A stretch of DNA of 59,295 nt, filler included, from Sphacelaria rigidula (taxonomy: Eukaryota): the NCBI GenBank assembly GCA_964200075.2. It is 7 parts of 7 records of this genome, joined end to end, with 100 filler letters (N's around TTAATTAATTAA, not from the genome) between each part and the next. Parts side by side here need not be neighbours in the genome. Positions count along the whole stretch, not along the records: positions 16,973 to 25,357 come from CAXNAA020011311.1; positions 25,458 to 33,842 come from CAXNAA020011312.1; positions 33,943 to 42,327 come from CAXNAA020011313.1; 4 more parts are not named here. One strand, given 5' to 3'. Each line of letters begins with the position of its first letter. Position 1 is the stretch's first letter. Below are positions 25,007 through 36,499 of this stretch, one piece after another. The translations under genes were made by a program, and so were the position numbers. The notes beneath the pieces were generated by a model. It searched no databases. It saw nothing but the letters and a program-made list of their open reading frames with translations, and was not told the DNA's origin.

Positions 25007-25126
25007 ATGACCTCAGATCGCCCAGGAGATGTGGGATGGACACCCCCACGGCCGCCAGCGCCGCCAAGGCTGGTGTCTGGGGCAAGTCCGGGGTCAGCTA
25101 GAGGGAAACTACGATCGGAGTATCAG
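25007..25126 (+). CDS. Possible first exon of a gene divergent from the LHC gene (product unknown, truncated by contig end)
   Basis: AAAATG start context, GC-rich 40-codon frame MTSDRPGDVGWTPPRPPAPP...RSEYQ ending at a CAG|GTGTGA donor-like site. No homology recognised. Confidence 0.3.
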
Positions 25127-25457
25127 GTGTGACGGTGTATTTGATCGGTTCGTTGACTGCATGTTTGCTGATGCTCACTTCGATTCGTCTTTGAATAACA
25201 CCACAACAAACAGAATGGTGCCGACTGCACGACATGCAGCATTTGTTAGCGCGAGAAATGCGCACTGCCATCTTATGTTTGTACAGGGGGGGGGGGGGGG
25301 GGGGGGGGGGGGTGGCGGGGTTGAGGGAGGGGCATGTGTGTGGGGGGGGGAGGGGGGNNNNNNNNNNNNNNNNNNNNNNNNNNNNNNNNNNNNNNNNNNN
25401 NTTAATTAATTAANNNNNNNNNNNNNNNNNNNNNNNNNNNNNNNNNNNNNNNNNNNN

Positions 25458-25600
25458 CTAAATCTAATTTTTATGACGTGTAGTAGTTGTCAAATGCGAC
25501 CGCCAAATGAATAAATGGAATCATGTTTCGAAGATTTGGCGTGGATACGGGGATTTTAATTCTTCGGGTTCTCATCTCCCAGCGAAAAATCCATCCCCAA
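25458..25600. mobile_element. Diverged right arm of the palindromic MITE family (copy 3)
   Basis: Aligns by eye with 1575-1711 (GTGTAG.AGTTGTCAA...TGTTTCGAA...TTCTCATC...ATCCATCCCCAAT). Confidence 0.75.
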
Positions 25601-25732
25601 TCAGGGGGCAGGGCGGAGAATGTTTTCGGACACGTAACCCCCCCCTCCCTCCTCTCACGGAGGGCATTTATTAAAAAATTGTCATGATTTTAAATGTTTT
25701 TTTTTGTCAATTTTCTCGCAAGAAATTGATCA

Positions 25733-25946
25733 ATAGAGGTATCTCCAACTCAGTTTCCGGTTTCCTGGTTTGTGCATTTCCTTTTTCCGAGTGAAAGCGA
25801 TGGTGATGCATGAGATGATGATTCCTTTTGACCGCCAGGTCATGTCCTCCCATGAATCGCCATCACTTTCACTTGAAAAAATAGTACAAAACCCAGAGAC
25901 AGCGAATAAACCAAGAAACCGGGAACCGAGCTTGAGATATCTCTAA
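25733..25946. repeat. Degenerate inverted repeat pair (~40 bp arms), probable old MITE
   Basis: TAGAGGTATCTCCAACTCAGTTTCCGGTTTCCTGGTTT versus AAACCAAGAAACCGGGAACCGAGCTTGAGATATCTCTA. Confidence 0.55.
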
Positions 25947-26297
25947 TAAACACCGTTTGCATATTTCTCTTAATTTTGTTACAAGAAATTGGTTAATAAA
26001 CAATGACGAAAACCGAAAAGTCTGGTGGGCTTTGCGGGGTTTGCATATTTTCTTCTGCTCCTCAATATATATATTATATAAGGTTATATAACATATATAG
26101 TATAAGGAACATATACACTGTATATAGTATGAAAAATACGATATATACATAATATATGATATATCACGGAGCAGAAGCATATGTATAATACATGGTAAAT
26201 AATAAATTATACAATATAATACAATATATAATACATGATACATGATGCATGATAAATCATATATAATTTGCAATACAAAAAATATATATCATGTACA

Positions 26298-27202
26298 TGT
26301 ATCATTTATCGATTTTCACCACCTCTGCCGAGTTTTCTTTGGCGGCAAGGCATCTTATCCCGCGCTTTCTTTTCCAGTGCACGAAAAAGGTGCAGCGGTA
26401 TATTACTTTTCAGGTGTGGGTGTCATCTGATACCTGTGGCGCGTGTCCTGACCATCGAAAGTCGCCCACACTGGCTCTCTTTCGCGGGGTGTCGATCTCA
26501 AACCACATAAGCCTCCTCAAGTCCATGCAAAACTTCAAGCAGCAGGATGATTGTTGGCGGGGTATTTCCCCCCCGTGTTTCCCTTTGCCGGCTTCTCGTT
26601 CATTTGGGAGCACGAACACACCGGTTATGCCGCCAATGTCACGAGAATATGAGAGCAATGCAGCTGAAAACAACTGATCATTGCCTTGGCCTTAGTCAGC
26701 AGCAAACAAACACGGGATCTTACCAACAAACTGGCGATGGATCTTTCATTGGGGATGAGAAACCCGGAAAATTAAATCTTCGTATCCACACCAAGCCTTC
26801 CAAATATGGTTCCATTTCTCCACCTAATGATAGCTATTGACAACTGCTACACGCAATAGAAAAATGGATTTCGATCACCGAAATGTTGGGGTCCAAGGTG
26901 AAAAAACAATTTTTGGGAATTCCGGGCGTCCGAACGGACGCCAAAATGGTCCCGATTTTTTTTCTCATCTAGGACCCCAAAATTTCGGTCATCAAAATCC
27001 AAATTTCTATGGCATGTAGCAGTTGTCAACAGCCATCAGAAGGTGAAGAAACGAAAGCATATGTTGAAGATTTCGTGTGGATACGAAGAATTTAATTCTC
27101 CGGGTTTTTCATCCCCGATAAAAGATCCTTCTCCAATCTGTAAGATTCCGTCTTAACACCAGACCGTGCGATGAGCCGTTGACGAGTTGAACAAGGCGCA
27201 CA
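26298..27202 (+). repeat. TA-microsatellite-flanked interspersed repeat (copy C), carrying a nested MITE
   Basis: Homologous to 52500-52960 and 28682-28920. Confidence 0.8.
26709..27154. mobile_element. Near-fully palindromic MITE (copy 2)
   Basis: Termini AACACGGGATCTTA / TAAGATTCCGTCTT; 4-bp TSD AACA (26705-26708, 27155-27158). The empty paralogous site is at ~52905-52915. Confidence 0.92.
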
Positions 27203-28681
27203 CGTGGGCAAACGTCCCCACTGGGGGTCACGTGTGTAGGCTCAGCAAAGGGGGGTGCCAAAATCCCTGTGATCATGCCATAACAGAGAGTTCCCTCACA
27301 GGATGCACCTGTGAAGTACAGGCGCAGGGATGTCCTTGTGTCAGGGTTGACAGGTTTGTCCTTGTGACAGGGATGGCAGGAAGAATCATACGAGTACGCA
27401 CCCTATGTATCTTTCGACGGCTTCGTACTGTATTTTCAGTACAAGTCAAGCGTTACTTTGCATGTAGATTTCTCCGCCATGTCTGAACGAAGGAGCCTGA
27501 AACTTGGCACAGAGGTAGACCACAACACAGACAGCATATTTACGGATCGGCGGCACGTTTTACGTGGTGCGCCAGACGCACGAAGCGAATACGTATTTCG
27601 GGCTATGCAATCGATATGCCCTCAAAACGGAGTCCACTCGGCCCAGACTGCGTGAGACGTCAGTGAATGCATATGTGGACACGCAGATGCGCTCGGCAAA
27701 TGAGGGTCTTCATTATCGAGAGATAAAAAAATGGGTGAAGGTCTAGAATTTCGGCAATCGCCTAGGGCTCGTAATTATCTAGATCTACTGTTGTTGTTGC
27801 TGTTAGATATCTCATTACAGATGGTGCTGATCTCATCGTTTAGCTTGCTTTCACCGGCAAAATAAAGGACAGGGTTATGCTACCTGCCCGTGTATGGCGT
27901 TCATAACTGTGGTAAACACCTTTCTCACAACCTCTCTGTGACACGAGTGGGCAGTCGGACAGGCTAGGGCGTGATCGACCGGCTCCCTCGGGATGCTGCA
28001 GCAGCACACATGAGTAAAAATGCCGACTGTAGAAAGTCCTGTGCATAGATTGCAGCATGCTTGCTTTCTGAGAGCTGTACGCACACTCGTAGCAGCACTG
28101 CAGACTAGTAGGTAGCTACTGAATTGTTTCTGCTCTTCACTTCAAAAGTGCGCATGTCTGCAAACGGAGACTACCGTGCTTGGCCCCGACAGCTCCAACA
28201 CCGCTGCCGGGGCACATATCGTCTAAGGAGGTAGATACCGCCAACCCGCGGTACTTTTTACTCTACGGCATAGCCCAGGGTATCATTAACAAGGTTCCTG
28301 ATGATTCTCGAATGCTTGCAAGCGCCACGGCGTCCGCCAAGGACAGCTCTGCGGAGTATTGGGCTACGGTCCGAAATATTTGGTGTTCGCCAACCGTGAA
28401 GGTTTGGCGAAAAAATCTAGCTGCTTCATTTTCGGAGAACGCCAAGCGCCAGGTGCGAAAACGCCTGAAGTCTTGGTGATCTCCGGAAAAACGGTGTACT
28501 GTGTCGATAATAACGGCCCTACCCTAGCCCTATATACAAGCATCGATCCGTATTGGGCACACTCTGGATGATGTCATTTTCCGCGGTACCTATCTTGGTA
28601 TCGCCTGTGGAGGTACTCATTTCAGCAGGCACGGTCGTGCAAGCGCTGTCAGTGCTTAAACACGCAATGTATATTATGTAA

Positions 28682-29002
28682 ATGTATCATTTCACATTTT
28701 TCATCACTTTTGCCGAGTTTTCTCTGGCGGCAAGGCACTTTTCCCCACGCCTTCTGCCGCAGCGCACTGAGTAGGCTCAGCGGTACATTACCCTTCAGGT
28801 TTAGGCGTCATCTGATACCCGTGGCGCGTGTTCGGGCCACCGAAAGTCGCTGAAACTGGCCCTTTTTCGCGGGGTGTCGATCCCAAACCACAAAAGCCTC
28901 TTCAAGATCGTGGAAAGCTTGACAAAATATATATGAAATATTAAATTTCGACTTGCGTCACCCCCGGGAGGCCTGTACCAACCTCCCGTAGGGGAACCTT
29001 GT
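28682..29002 (+). repeat. TA-flanked interspersed repeat (copy B, internally deleted) with 3' GC hairpin; Helitron-like
   Basis: Shares its 5' ~230 bp and 3' ~55 bp with 52500-53360. Hairpin CGGGAGG-N10-CCTCCCG at 28965-28988, close to the end. Confidence 0.7.
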
Positions 29003-30609
29003 ATTATATACTATAATGTACAATATATAATACACCACATACATGAAGATCTCTAGTGTCCACAAAAACAGCTGACCGCATCCACCAACGCTTCGGCAAT
29101 GAACCAGGGGACACACGGCTGGGTGTCCCCCCCCCCCTCCCCCGCAAGAACTCAAATTTTCGATCTTGGGGCCTACGTGTCCTGGATTGTGTTTTCGCTG
29201 CCCCCTGCCCCAATTTGTAAAATCCCCTGTTATCGATACAGACGGGTCGGGCCGTGATCTGCATGTGCAGTATATAACAGCGGATCCTGAAACATGGGGT
29301 CCATCTAAAAAATGAGGTTCAAGTGGCATTTCTCTTTTGCAGGGATGACGCGAAACACTTACGACCGAGCGAAGCCATCTTTCCCCCCAAATGTCCGCAG
29401 CAGGGAAGCAGTTGTGGCTAGGTGCACCGACGAATGCGGTGTACACGCGTGTCGATTACGATATCACCAGAGAGAGAAGCAACGACAGAGAGGAAGCTCT
29501 TCGCCCGTGTCCTTTGTGCGTCCTCGCTCGGCGATTACCAACCGCTGGAGAGACTGGCATCATCGATGTTACCAGCATGTACCCAATTTTCCATGTGCTG
29601 AAATATCGAGCTGCGGAGAGATTTTCTCTCGTCTTACAATTGCCTGTCGAGCTCATGAATGCAAAGATCGACTTCTCTCTGCCTCTCCTTTTGGACAGGC
29701 TGCGCCCCTGTGCGCTGAAAAGCATGTCGTTGAAAAATAGGACAATGTTCCCGTCACCGCTACTACTCTTCTCTGTCACACACATACCAGCGAGGGCGGT
29801 GGTGCGGCGAAAACAACAGATGTATCCCATTTGAACTGGGGGGGGTGTTATTCATCGTTGATTTTACCCGACATGTATGTGAGCGACCCTCTGGGTGCCC
29901 AACGACAACAGCGTGCGAGACGCCAGTTGGGGGGGGGGGTATGAGACGTCAAACACTTGTGGAGACCTTCTTGACATGCGGAGTGAAAAAAGATACCTAT
30001 GGTAGTGATCTAACCGTTGCGAGCGTGGTACAGAGGGGTGCGTCCATGCTGCAATCTGGAGCACGCGCTGGCTGCGTGAACACCTCGGTACACAAGCTTT
30101 CAAGAATGAATTTCGATGTGGTGAGGTCACGCGTCACCACCTGGGACGACATATAAACCCACGAAGAACAAGGGTGCTCTATGATCAACGAGTTGTCGTT
30201 GCATTTGACACCCACGCCATCAACCGCCAACCTCAAAGATCTTGTGACTTTCAAGCAACGCTGGCGACAGTACGGCAGGCAAACCCGATCATAGCTAGCT
30301 TTCGTCGCTCTACTGGACTGACTGGCGTCTGCATAGAGGTCGCCCGGCGTAGCAACATGTACCAAATGTTTCAATCTCTGTAAAAACAAAACAGTTCGTA
30401 TTTTCCAACGACGTGAACATGATTGAAATGACTCTAGTGGTCTGAGGGAAAGTGGCCGCTTTGGGTCCGTCCACACGTTCGAAGATACTGTAAAACAGCA
30501 ATACCAAACTTTCCTGACATGGGAATACCGCAATCAGTACAGAACGGAACAGAAATTGACGGTTTAACGTTTTTATTGGAAAGCAACGGGCATCAAACGA
30601 TTTCACACT

Positions 30610-30935
30610 CTGGACAATAAAATATGTTCCCAATATATATGAGTCGATGATATTAGAATACCGCGATATATTGCCGGCGTAATATATTATAGTGGATCCC
30701 GTGGACTGCACACGTATTGCGCACCCAATATATATTGGTGTCGTGGGACTGCAAACGTATTGCCCGCCCCATATATGTATTGGTACCGTGGCACTGTACA
30801 CATATTATCCCATCAATATATCGAGGCGGTGTGGGCGAAGACATATTGCACGACCAATATATATTGGGGTCGCATTGGTGAGAACATATTGACCGTTCAA
30901 TATATATTGGGTCCGCGTGGGTGCCAGTACATTGG
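30610..30935 (+). repeat. Periodic array (left): TATTG-N6-CAATATATATTG-N~19, period ~43 bp, ~7 units
   Basis: CAATATATATTG-type cores at 30631, 30726, 30855 and 30898 (spacings 129 = 3x43, and 43), with degenerate cores between. Confidence 0.9.
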
Positions 30936-32622
30936 TGTAGCACCATCATCACTGTTTTTTCACTGTTCTCGCAATACCGACTGTGCCATCCTGTATCACC
31001 ACACGGCATTGTCATGCACTGTGAGGATGGAGTGCCCTGGACCGTTTTACCCTAGGATACCACGGGACGACACTGTACTCGAAGGATTATTCACCATCTA
31101 CCTATACGCTTCGGCTTCAAGAGTACGCGAGACAGACAGTACCACTCTCATGCAGAAGAGAGACTGTACAGAACTATTTCAGAAGTCTGTGATACCGTGA
31201 GACGGTGGCCCCGATTTTGAGTTCGCGAATTTGATATTCGTTGCCATAAAACGTTATTACAAAATATCACCTACCCAGTATACATTGGGTGGGCGCGTTG
31301 ATGTCGGGTATATGTCCCACCGAACCATAATATTCAAGTACAGTAATATTACACTCTACCCCGTCCTGAAAGTCATGCCGTCCAACGAATGTCTCATTCA
31401 TTGTAATTCAAGAAGTACATCATTCAATATTTTTCTGGCGAGCAGGATATTTATAAGAGAGCCAGTTCGAATCAGTTCGAGAAGAAAAACGTAGGCGAGA
31501 GTACTGCGTCGTCTCTTTGGGATACCTCGACATATTGTTTTGAGGAAAAGTGATCCGATTCATTAGTCGCCTGACCCTTTGGCTGTGAATTTTTACGCTA
31601 GCTAATGAATCGGCATCACTCTTACTTGAAACAATGCCGTGTCCCAGAGCCAGCAAACAAACCACGAACGTCGGGGGTATTTCATACTGAAAGTTCCGGT
31701 ATTGTTTCCGGTAAATGACTTTTTGAAAATACCGGGAGTCTCAAGTTTGGTATGCCTCTGTTGTGTACGAGCTAGTCACCTCTCAGGGTATGTATTATTT
31801 TGTGGCTGTCAGCTGCAAAAAGGGTGAATGGCTGCCAGTTGCCCACGGAAAAATATTTGTCTGTGGCTCTCAGCTGTCCACGGGAAAACAGGTATTTGTG
31901 GCTCTCTGTCCCTCTACAGACCATCCGCCCACCACCCCCCTTCCTCCACCGCATAACGAAGGAGCAAGGCGATGGTTTGCGTACAAAGAAGGCATATTGA
32001 TCAATATGTCATAAAAAGTAGAGAATGAACGCATTTTTCTTCGTAAAGCTAGTCGGCCGACCGCCAGGGGCGAGTACTGAATGGTGGTGACAAGGTCAGA
32101 CGATGGGTGGAGTTGTGGGACCTCGCAGGGGTCGAGAAACACCTGTGCCGTCTTGCCGCGTCGATGGGTTTCGGCAACAACCCGTGTACCCGAGGGCGTC
32201 AAGACGGCAATCGCCAACATCTATGTTCTGCAGAGAATTCGGCTCTGCAAAGTCCCGCCAACCCCAAAGGCCATGCGATATTTCAAGTATGGTGTACGCT
32301 ATGAAAAGGTCCGGACGCCATGGATGCCGGAGCCCGTGCGGATAGGGAAAAGCTTGCATGAAGGGAAGCCGCAGAAGTTCTCGTCTGTGGCCACGGAGAG
32401 TTGTCGAAAGAGTCTGATTTATTTATTGGCCGGAACACATGGTGACAGAAGAGGCGACCCAGTATAAATGCTTTCTGATACCCATCTGCACAGCGGTGCG
32501 GTGCCGCCTATACTCTTCACAGTACGTAACATATCTTGGCTGAACTGTACCACGGCAGAATACGCGGGTCGATATGCGCCTTTTGGTACCCCTCTGGTCA
32601 CTGGTGCTTTGTTGCTTATACC

Positions 32623-33568
32623 ATGGACAATACGATATGTTCCAATATAATATCAATAGTTTATATTGAAGACAGTGTGAATATTTGCCTTTCAATATAT
32701 ATTATGTTCAGATGCCCTCGGAGACATTGAAGCGGCAATATATATTTATCGTGTCATGATCGCAAAGTAATGCATGGCAATATATACTGGACACGTTTTT
32801 GCTCCGGGAACACAACATTCAATATATATTGTGTATGCCGGCCGCGTATATATTGACGTGTCAATATATATTGAGTCGAAGCGATGCATAACGTATTGTT
32901 GTCACGATATATATTGAGCAAAAAAACATGCAAGAATATTGTTTTCCCGATATGTAATGCACCCGTTCATCTTTTAGCTATTGTGCAGCCGATATCTATT
33001 GAACACGCTCGCGGAGGACTATTTTGAGGGTTTTCGGCATCTGGTGATACATCTTTCACTAGCGCCCACGAACATGAAACTGCCCACCATACTAATTCCT
33101 ATATACTTTCCAATATGTATATTGAATCACCAATGTATATTGCTACACCAATATGCATTGTGACCGTCGGTTCCCTCGTGTATTGTTCTCCCAATATATA
33201 TATTGGACGCATTGACGCACGACATATTGGGGCGGCAATATATATTGGCGCATCGCGTGTTGAGTATATTGAATCGTCAATATATATTGACCTCGTGTGG
33301 CAGCCAATGTATTACTCGACAAATATATTATATTGGTGCCTTACCGCACCAACATATTACTCGGCGAATATATATTGAGGTGGCGCCTGTCGTGGTATAT
33401 TGTTCGGTCGATATGTATTGCACATCGTGAGCCTCGACATATTGATGACACAATATATATCGACCTGTCTCTCTTGCCATCATATTGCTCGCCCAATATA
33501 AATTAATCACCCGACGCGTTGACATATTGAGCGAGCAATATATATATATTACATATTGTATTGTCCAG
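32623..33568 (+). repeat. Periodic array (right): same unit, period 42-44 bp, ~18-20 units in two blocks
   Basis: Cores at 32693, 32736, 32778, 32820, 32862, 32905, 32948, 32990, then 33192, 33236, 33278, ~33320, 33365, 33409, 33451, 33494, 33536. Confidence 0.92.
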
Positions 33569-34024
33569 GATGTGAACGGTTTGCAGGTGGAAAACGCGGA
33601 ATTTGATAGAGGAGAACCTATATTATTTCCCGCGACTGTTACATTCGATTGCAAAATCTCTGTCGTCCTCCTTGTATGCCTGGCGGGGAAAGAGGGAAGC
33701 CACAGTTCCTCTGACCACTAGAGTCATTTCAATCATGTTCACGTCGTTGGAAAATACGAACTGTTTTGTTTTTACAGAGATTGAAACATTTGGTACATGT
33801 TGCTACGCCGGGCGACCTCTATGCAGACGCCAGTCAGTAGATNNNNNNNNNNNNNNNNNNNNNNNNNNNNNNNNNNNNNNNNNNNNTTAATTAATTAANN
33901 NNNNNNNNNNNNNNNNNNNNNNNNNNNNNNNNNNNNNNNNNNCCTCCTTCTTTGCTGCTGATGTCCAAAGGGCGCGGTCAATTCCGAATGTCTGGCGGTT
34001 GTCGTCCGTAGAGCCGTTGGACAA

Positions 34025-34115
34025 CAAAAATCCTGATCTGATAAGTCATGATTTCAACCATCTTCGAAATTAACGACGGTGGTTGAAATTACGATATATC
34101 AGATCGGGATTTTTG
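34025..34115. repeat. ~90-bp imperfect hairpin repeat; one arm recurs at ~15571-15610
   Basis: CAAAAATCCTGATCTGATA...TTTCAACCATCTTCG, 7-nt loop, CGACGGTGGTTGAAATT...TATCAGATCGGGATTTTTG. Confidence 0.7.
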
Positions 34116-34155
34116 CTTTCCGCCGCACAATTTCGATCGAAAACTGATGTGCTAA

Positions 34156-34336
34156 GGCCAACTCTTATGGGAGCGTTTAGAATTTTATTTTGCAATAATT
34201 TAAAACGACTTTTTTTTTTCTTTGCCGTAGTTGTGTATTTTGTGTCCCTTCACCATGATGACAAAGAAAAGAAGAAAAGAAACTCCTCTGAAGTTGTTGC
34301 AAAATAAAATTTCAAACCCTCCCATAAGAGTTGGCC
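34156..34336. mobile_element. PIF/Harbinger (Tourist-like) MITE
   Basis: TIRs GGCCAACTCTTATGGGAG / CTCCCATAAGAGTTGGCC extending imperfectly to ~50 bp; TAA TSD at 34153-34155 and 34337-34339. Confidence 0.9.
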
Positions 34337-34442
34337 TAAGACAGGGCCTAAGCCAAAATGGAAGAAGCCCAAACCGAGGGGATTGACCGTTTTGATGATG
34401 CTAATTGGTCAATTTGGTCATTTTGTTCCCGTACAGGAAACC

Positions 34443-35525
34443 GGTCGCCCTGGTTGCTCAGTTGGTAACCTCGAAACTAGAGATGTACTCCGTTCGAATT
34501 TTTCAAACGGAGCGGATTACGGATTTCCGGCAGCCTTATCCGGATCACTCCGCGGATTGAAAAAAGTGGCGAATATCGGGATATCTGGACTTCCGGATGT
34601 CCGATTTGCAGACGGATTTCGAGGAAAACGAGCGATGGGCACTCCTCAACTCTCCCCACATGCACGCTGCGCATTTTCGGAGAGGTAGTGGAGGCTTGGA
34701 TCACGTATCACGAGTCAGACCCGCAAATCACATGAAGATTGCAGTGAAGAAGGTTGTCGTTATCTACTCATCGTGCCGGCGATGTGCACGAATAAACGCC
34801 TTTCCCATGGCAAACCGGAAGAACCAAGTCCGACCACAACATCCAACTTTAGGGAGGCCACTACAAACCAAAGCACTCGTGTGATGTGCTTCATGATCAG
34901 CTGCATCGGCTGCTCCGCGTCTTCTCGCGAGGACACAATCTACGATCTCACAACCAACTACTGGTGGCAACGATTCTGTCGGATTCTCTTCAATTGAGTG
35001 CCGATCGAGTTAACTTGTCGGCCGCCTCCCAAGAAGCGTTCAGAATCATCGGCGTCTCCGTCTGTTTCCTCGTTGCGTCATAACAAGCCCACTCTGCGGA
35101 AACACTCGCTCTGAGGGACTTGACGATGCCGGAACAGCCAGGGCGTTCCGAGCGACATGCGCAATGAGTTGGTACTTGTGCGTATTCAGCGCCCACCACT
35201 TGAGCGGGTTCTCGGTGATGGCCAGAGCAGGCTCCATCGCAATGTCCGAAATATATATATGAAAAAAAAGGCGGATTTTTTTCGCATGGGACAGATTAGG
35301 ATTGAAGTCAAACGGAGCGAATATCCGGAGTAGACGGAGCGGAGCACATCTTTACTCGAAACCTTCTGGCGGCTGGGTCGTGGGTTCGATCTCGGTGAAG
35401 TCGAACGATCTGGCATTTTTTTTCACGCCGTGCCCAACAGTAACGAGCGACTCTGTCGTGGGTACACAAAAGCTCGTCTTCACGGTCGACGAGGGAAAGC
35501 AGCCTTGTTCCTTTTCAAAAATATA
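34443..35525 (+). mobile_element. tRNA-derived SINE-like element split by a hAT insertion
   Basis: Rejoining the flanks of 34478-35354 gives GGTTGCTCAGTTGGTA (box A-like) ... GGGTCGTGGGTTCGATCTC (box B-like) at tRNA-like spacing. No complete cloverleaf. The 3' boundary is a guess. Confidence 0.55.
34478..35354 (-). mobile_element. hAT transposon deletion derivative retaining the C-terminal dimerisation domain
   Basis: TIRs TAGAGATGTACTCCG / CGGAGCACATCTTTA; perfect 8-bp TSD CTCGAAAC (34470-34477, 35355-35362). Minus ORF 35046-35237 NPLKWWALN...VARNALAVPASSSPSERVFPQSG matches the hAT dimerisation motif. CGGA/TCCG subterminal repeats. Confidence 0.93.
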
Positions 35526-36499
35526 GAGGCGGTATTTCTGAAGATTATGCGCCCAAATACAGCACACCTGGCGTCTGATCATGCTGAAACTTCACTCATG
35601 TGCAACTTGAAGCCGAAGGTAGGTGTTGACGCAGCAGTTTTCGAGACCCAAGGTAGTTCGTGCGTCGGTGGCTTGAACGGATGATTATGCACGATGCTGC
35701 ACAGATTCCGAAAATTATATCGCTTTCTGATGACAATGCCAGAGCAAACGACATGAAATCCTTGCGGAGGCAGCGGCAGATCTTGCCAGCGTTGTTGTTT
35801 GCGTCGGCCCCCTGTTGGTCGAGGCTGGCACCAAACGGGAAATAGCCACCAGTCAAGGTGCTCCATATCTTCGAGGGCGATACCCTTTTCGTTTATACGC
35901 CGTGCCGAGCAAGACACGACCGTACAGCCGCGCCGAACAGAAGAGTGTCTTGTGCAAAGAACCACGGTGGAGCTGTTCGGGGAGGGGGCGACGTCTCCTC
36001 TCAGGCAGTGCCAGACTTATGTGACAGGGTACCACGATGATCTCACGAGGCCAAGAGCGGTTGCTGTGTTTTCCCTCTAGCAGAATCACTCGGAAAAACC
36101 CTCAGCAGGCGCACCCACGTCAATATCTCAGTCTTTCTCCTACACTCGTCTCTTCGCTCTTTTGCGGATTTTTTTCAGGTTTCACTTGGTTCCAGAATAT
36201 AACAGAGTGCAAGTTGCAATTTTCAATCATCACGGATTAATCGCGGGAATTGCAGCCCTGCCCAGGCCTGGTTTGTTTTGTACGATCAGTACGACAGTAA
36301 TCGTCGTACCGTCGGATTAGTGACACACAGTGTCAACTTCGTCGTGTATTACATGGCAGCGATGAATTTCGTGTCTTACGTGCTTCCTCCTTCCTCAATG
36401 ATGTGCATCCTTTTTCATCCGGCTACCTCAGCTTGTGCAGAGGTCTATAGCCCCACCTTGCCGTGCTGGTGTGGACCCGTCTCTTCTAACAACATCTGC

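Larger units (their letters stand above)
30317..33838. mobile_element. Large foldback-like non-autonomous DNA element with 126-bp perfect inverted repeats and periodic internal arrays
   Basis: 30317-30442 is the exact reverse complement of 33713-33838. The contig ends 4 nt later, so true termini and TSD are not visible. Confidence 0.8.

Noticed and set aside
25869-26290. Tyr/Ile-rich ORF
   Set aside because: AT-rich degenerate microsatellite.
28180-28571. Possible transposase fragment (…LALYTSIDPY…)
   Set aside because: Single weak motif, with no TIR or TSD support.
30610-33568. Calling the periodic arrays a true CRISPR array
   Set aside because: Eukaryotic context, no cas genes, degenerate repeats with two variable segments, and spacers conserved in a paralogous copy. 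Kept as a repeat and a finding instead.
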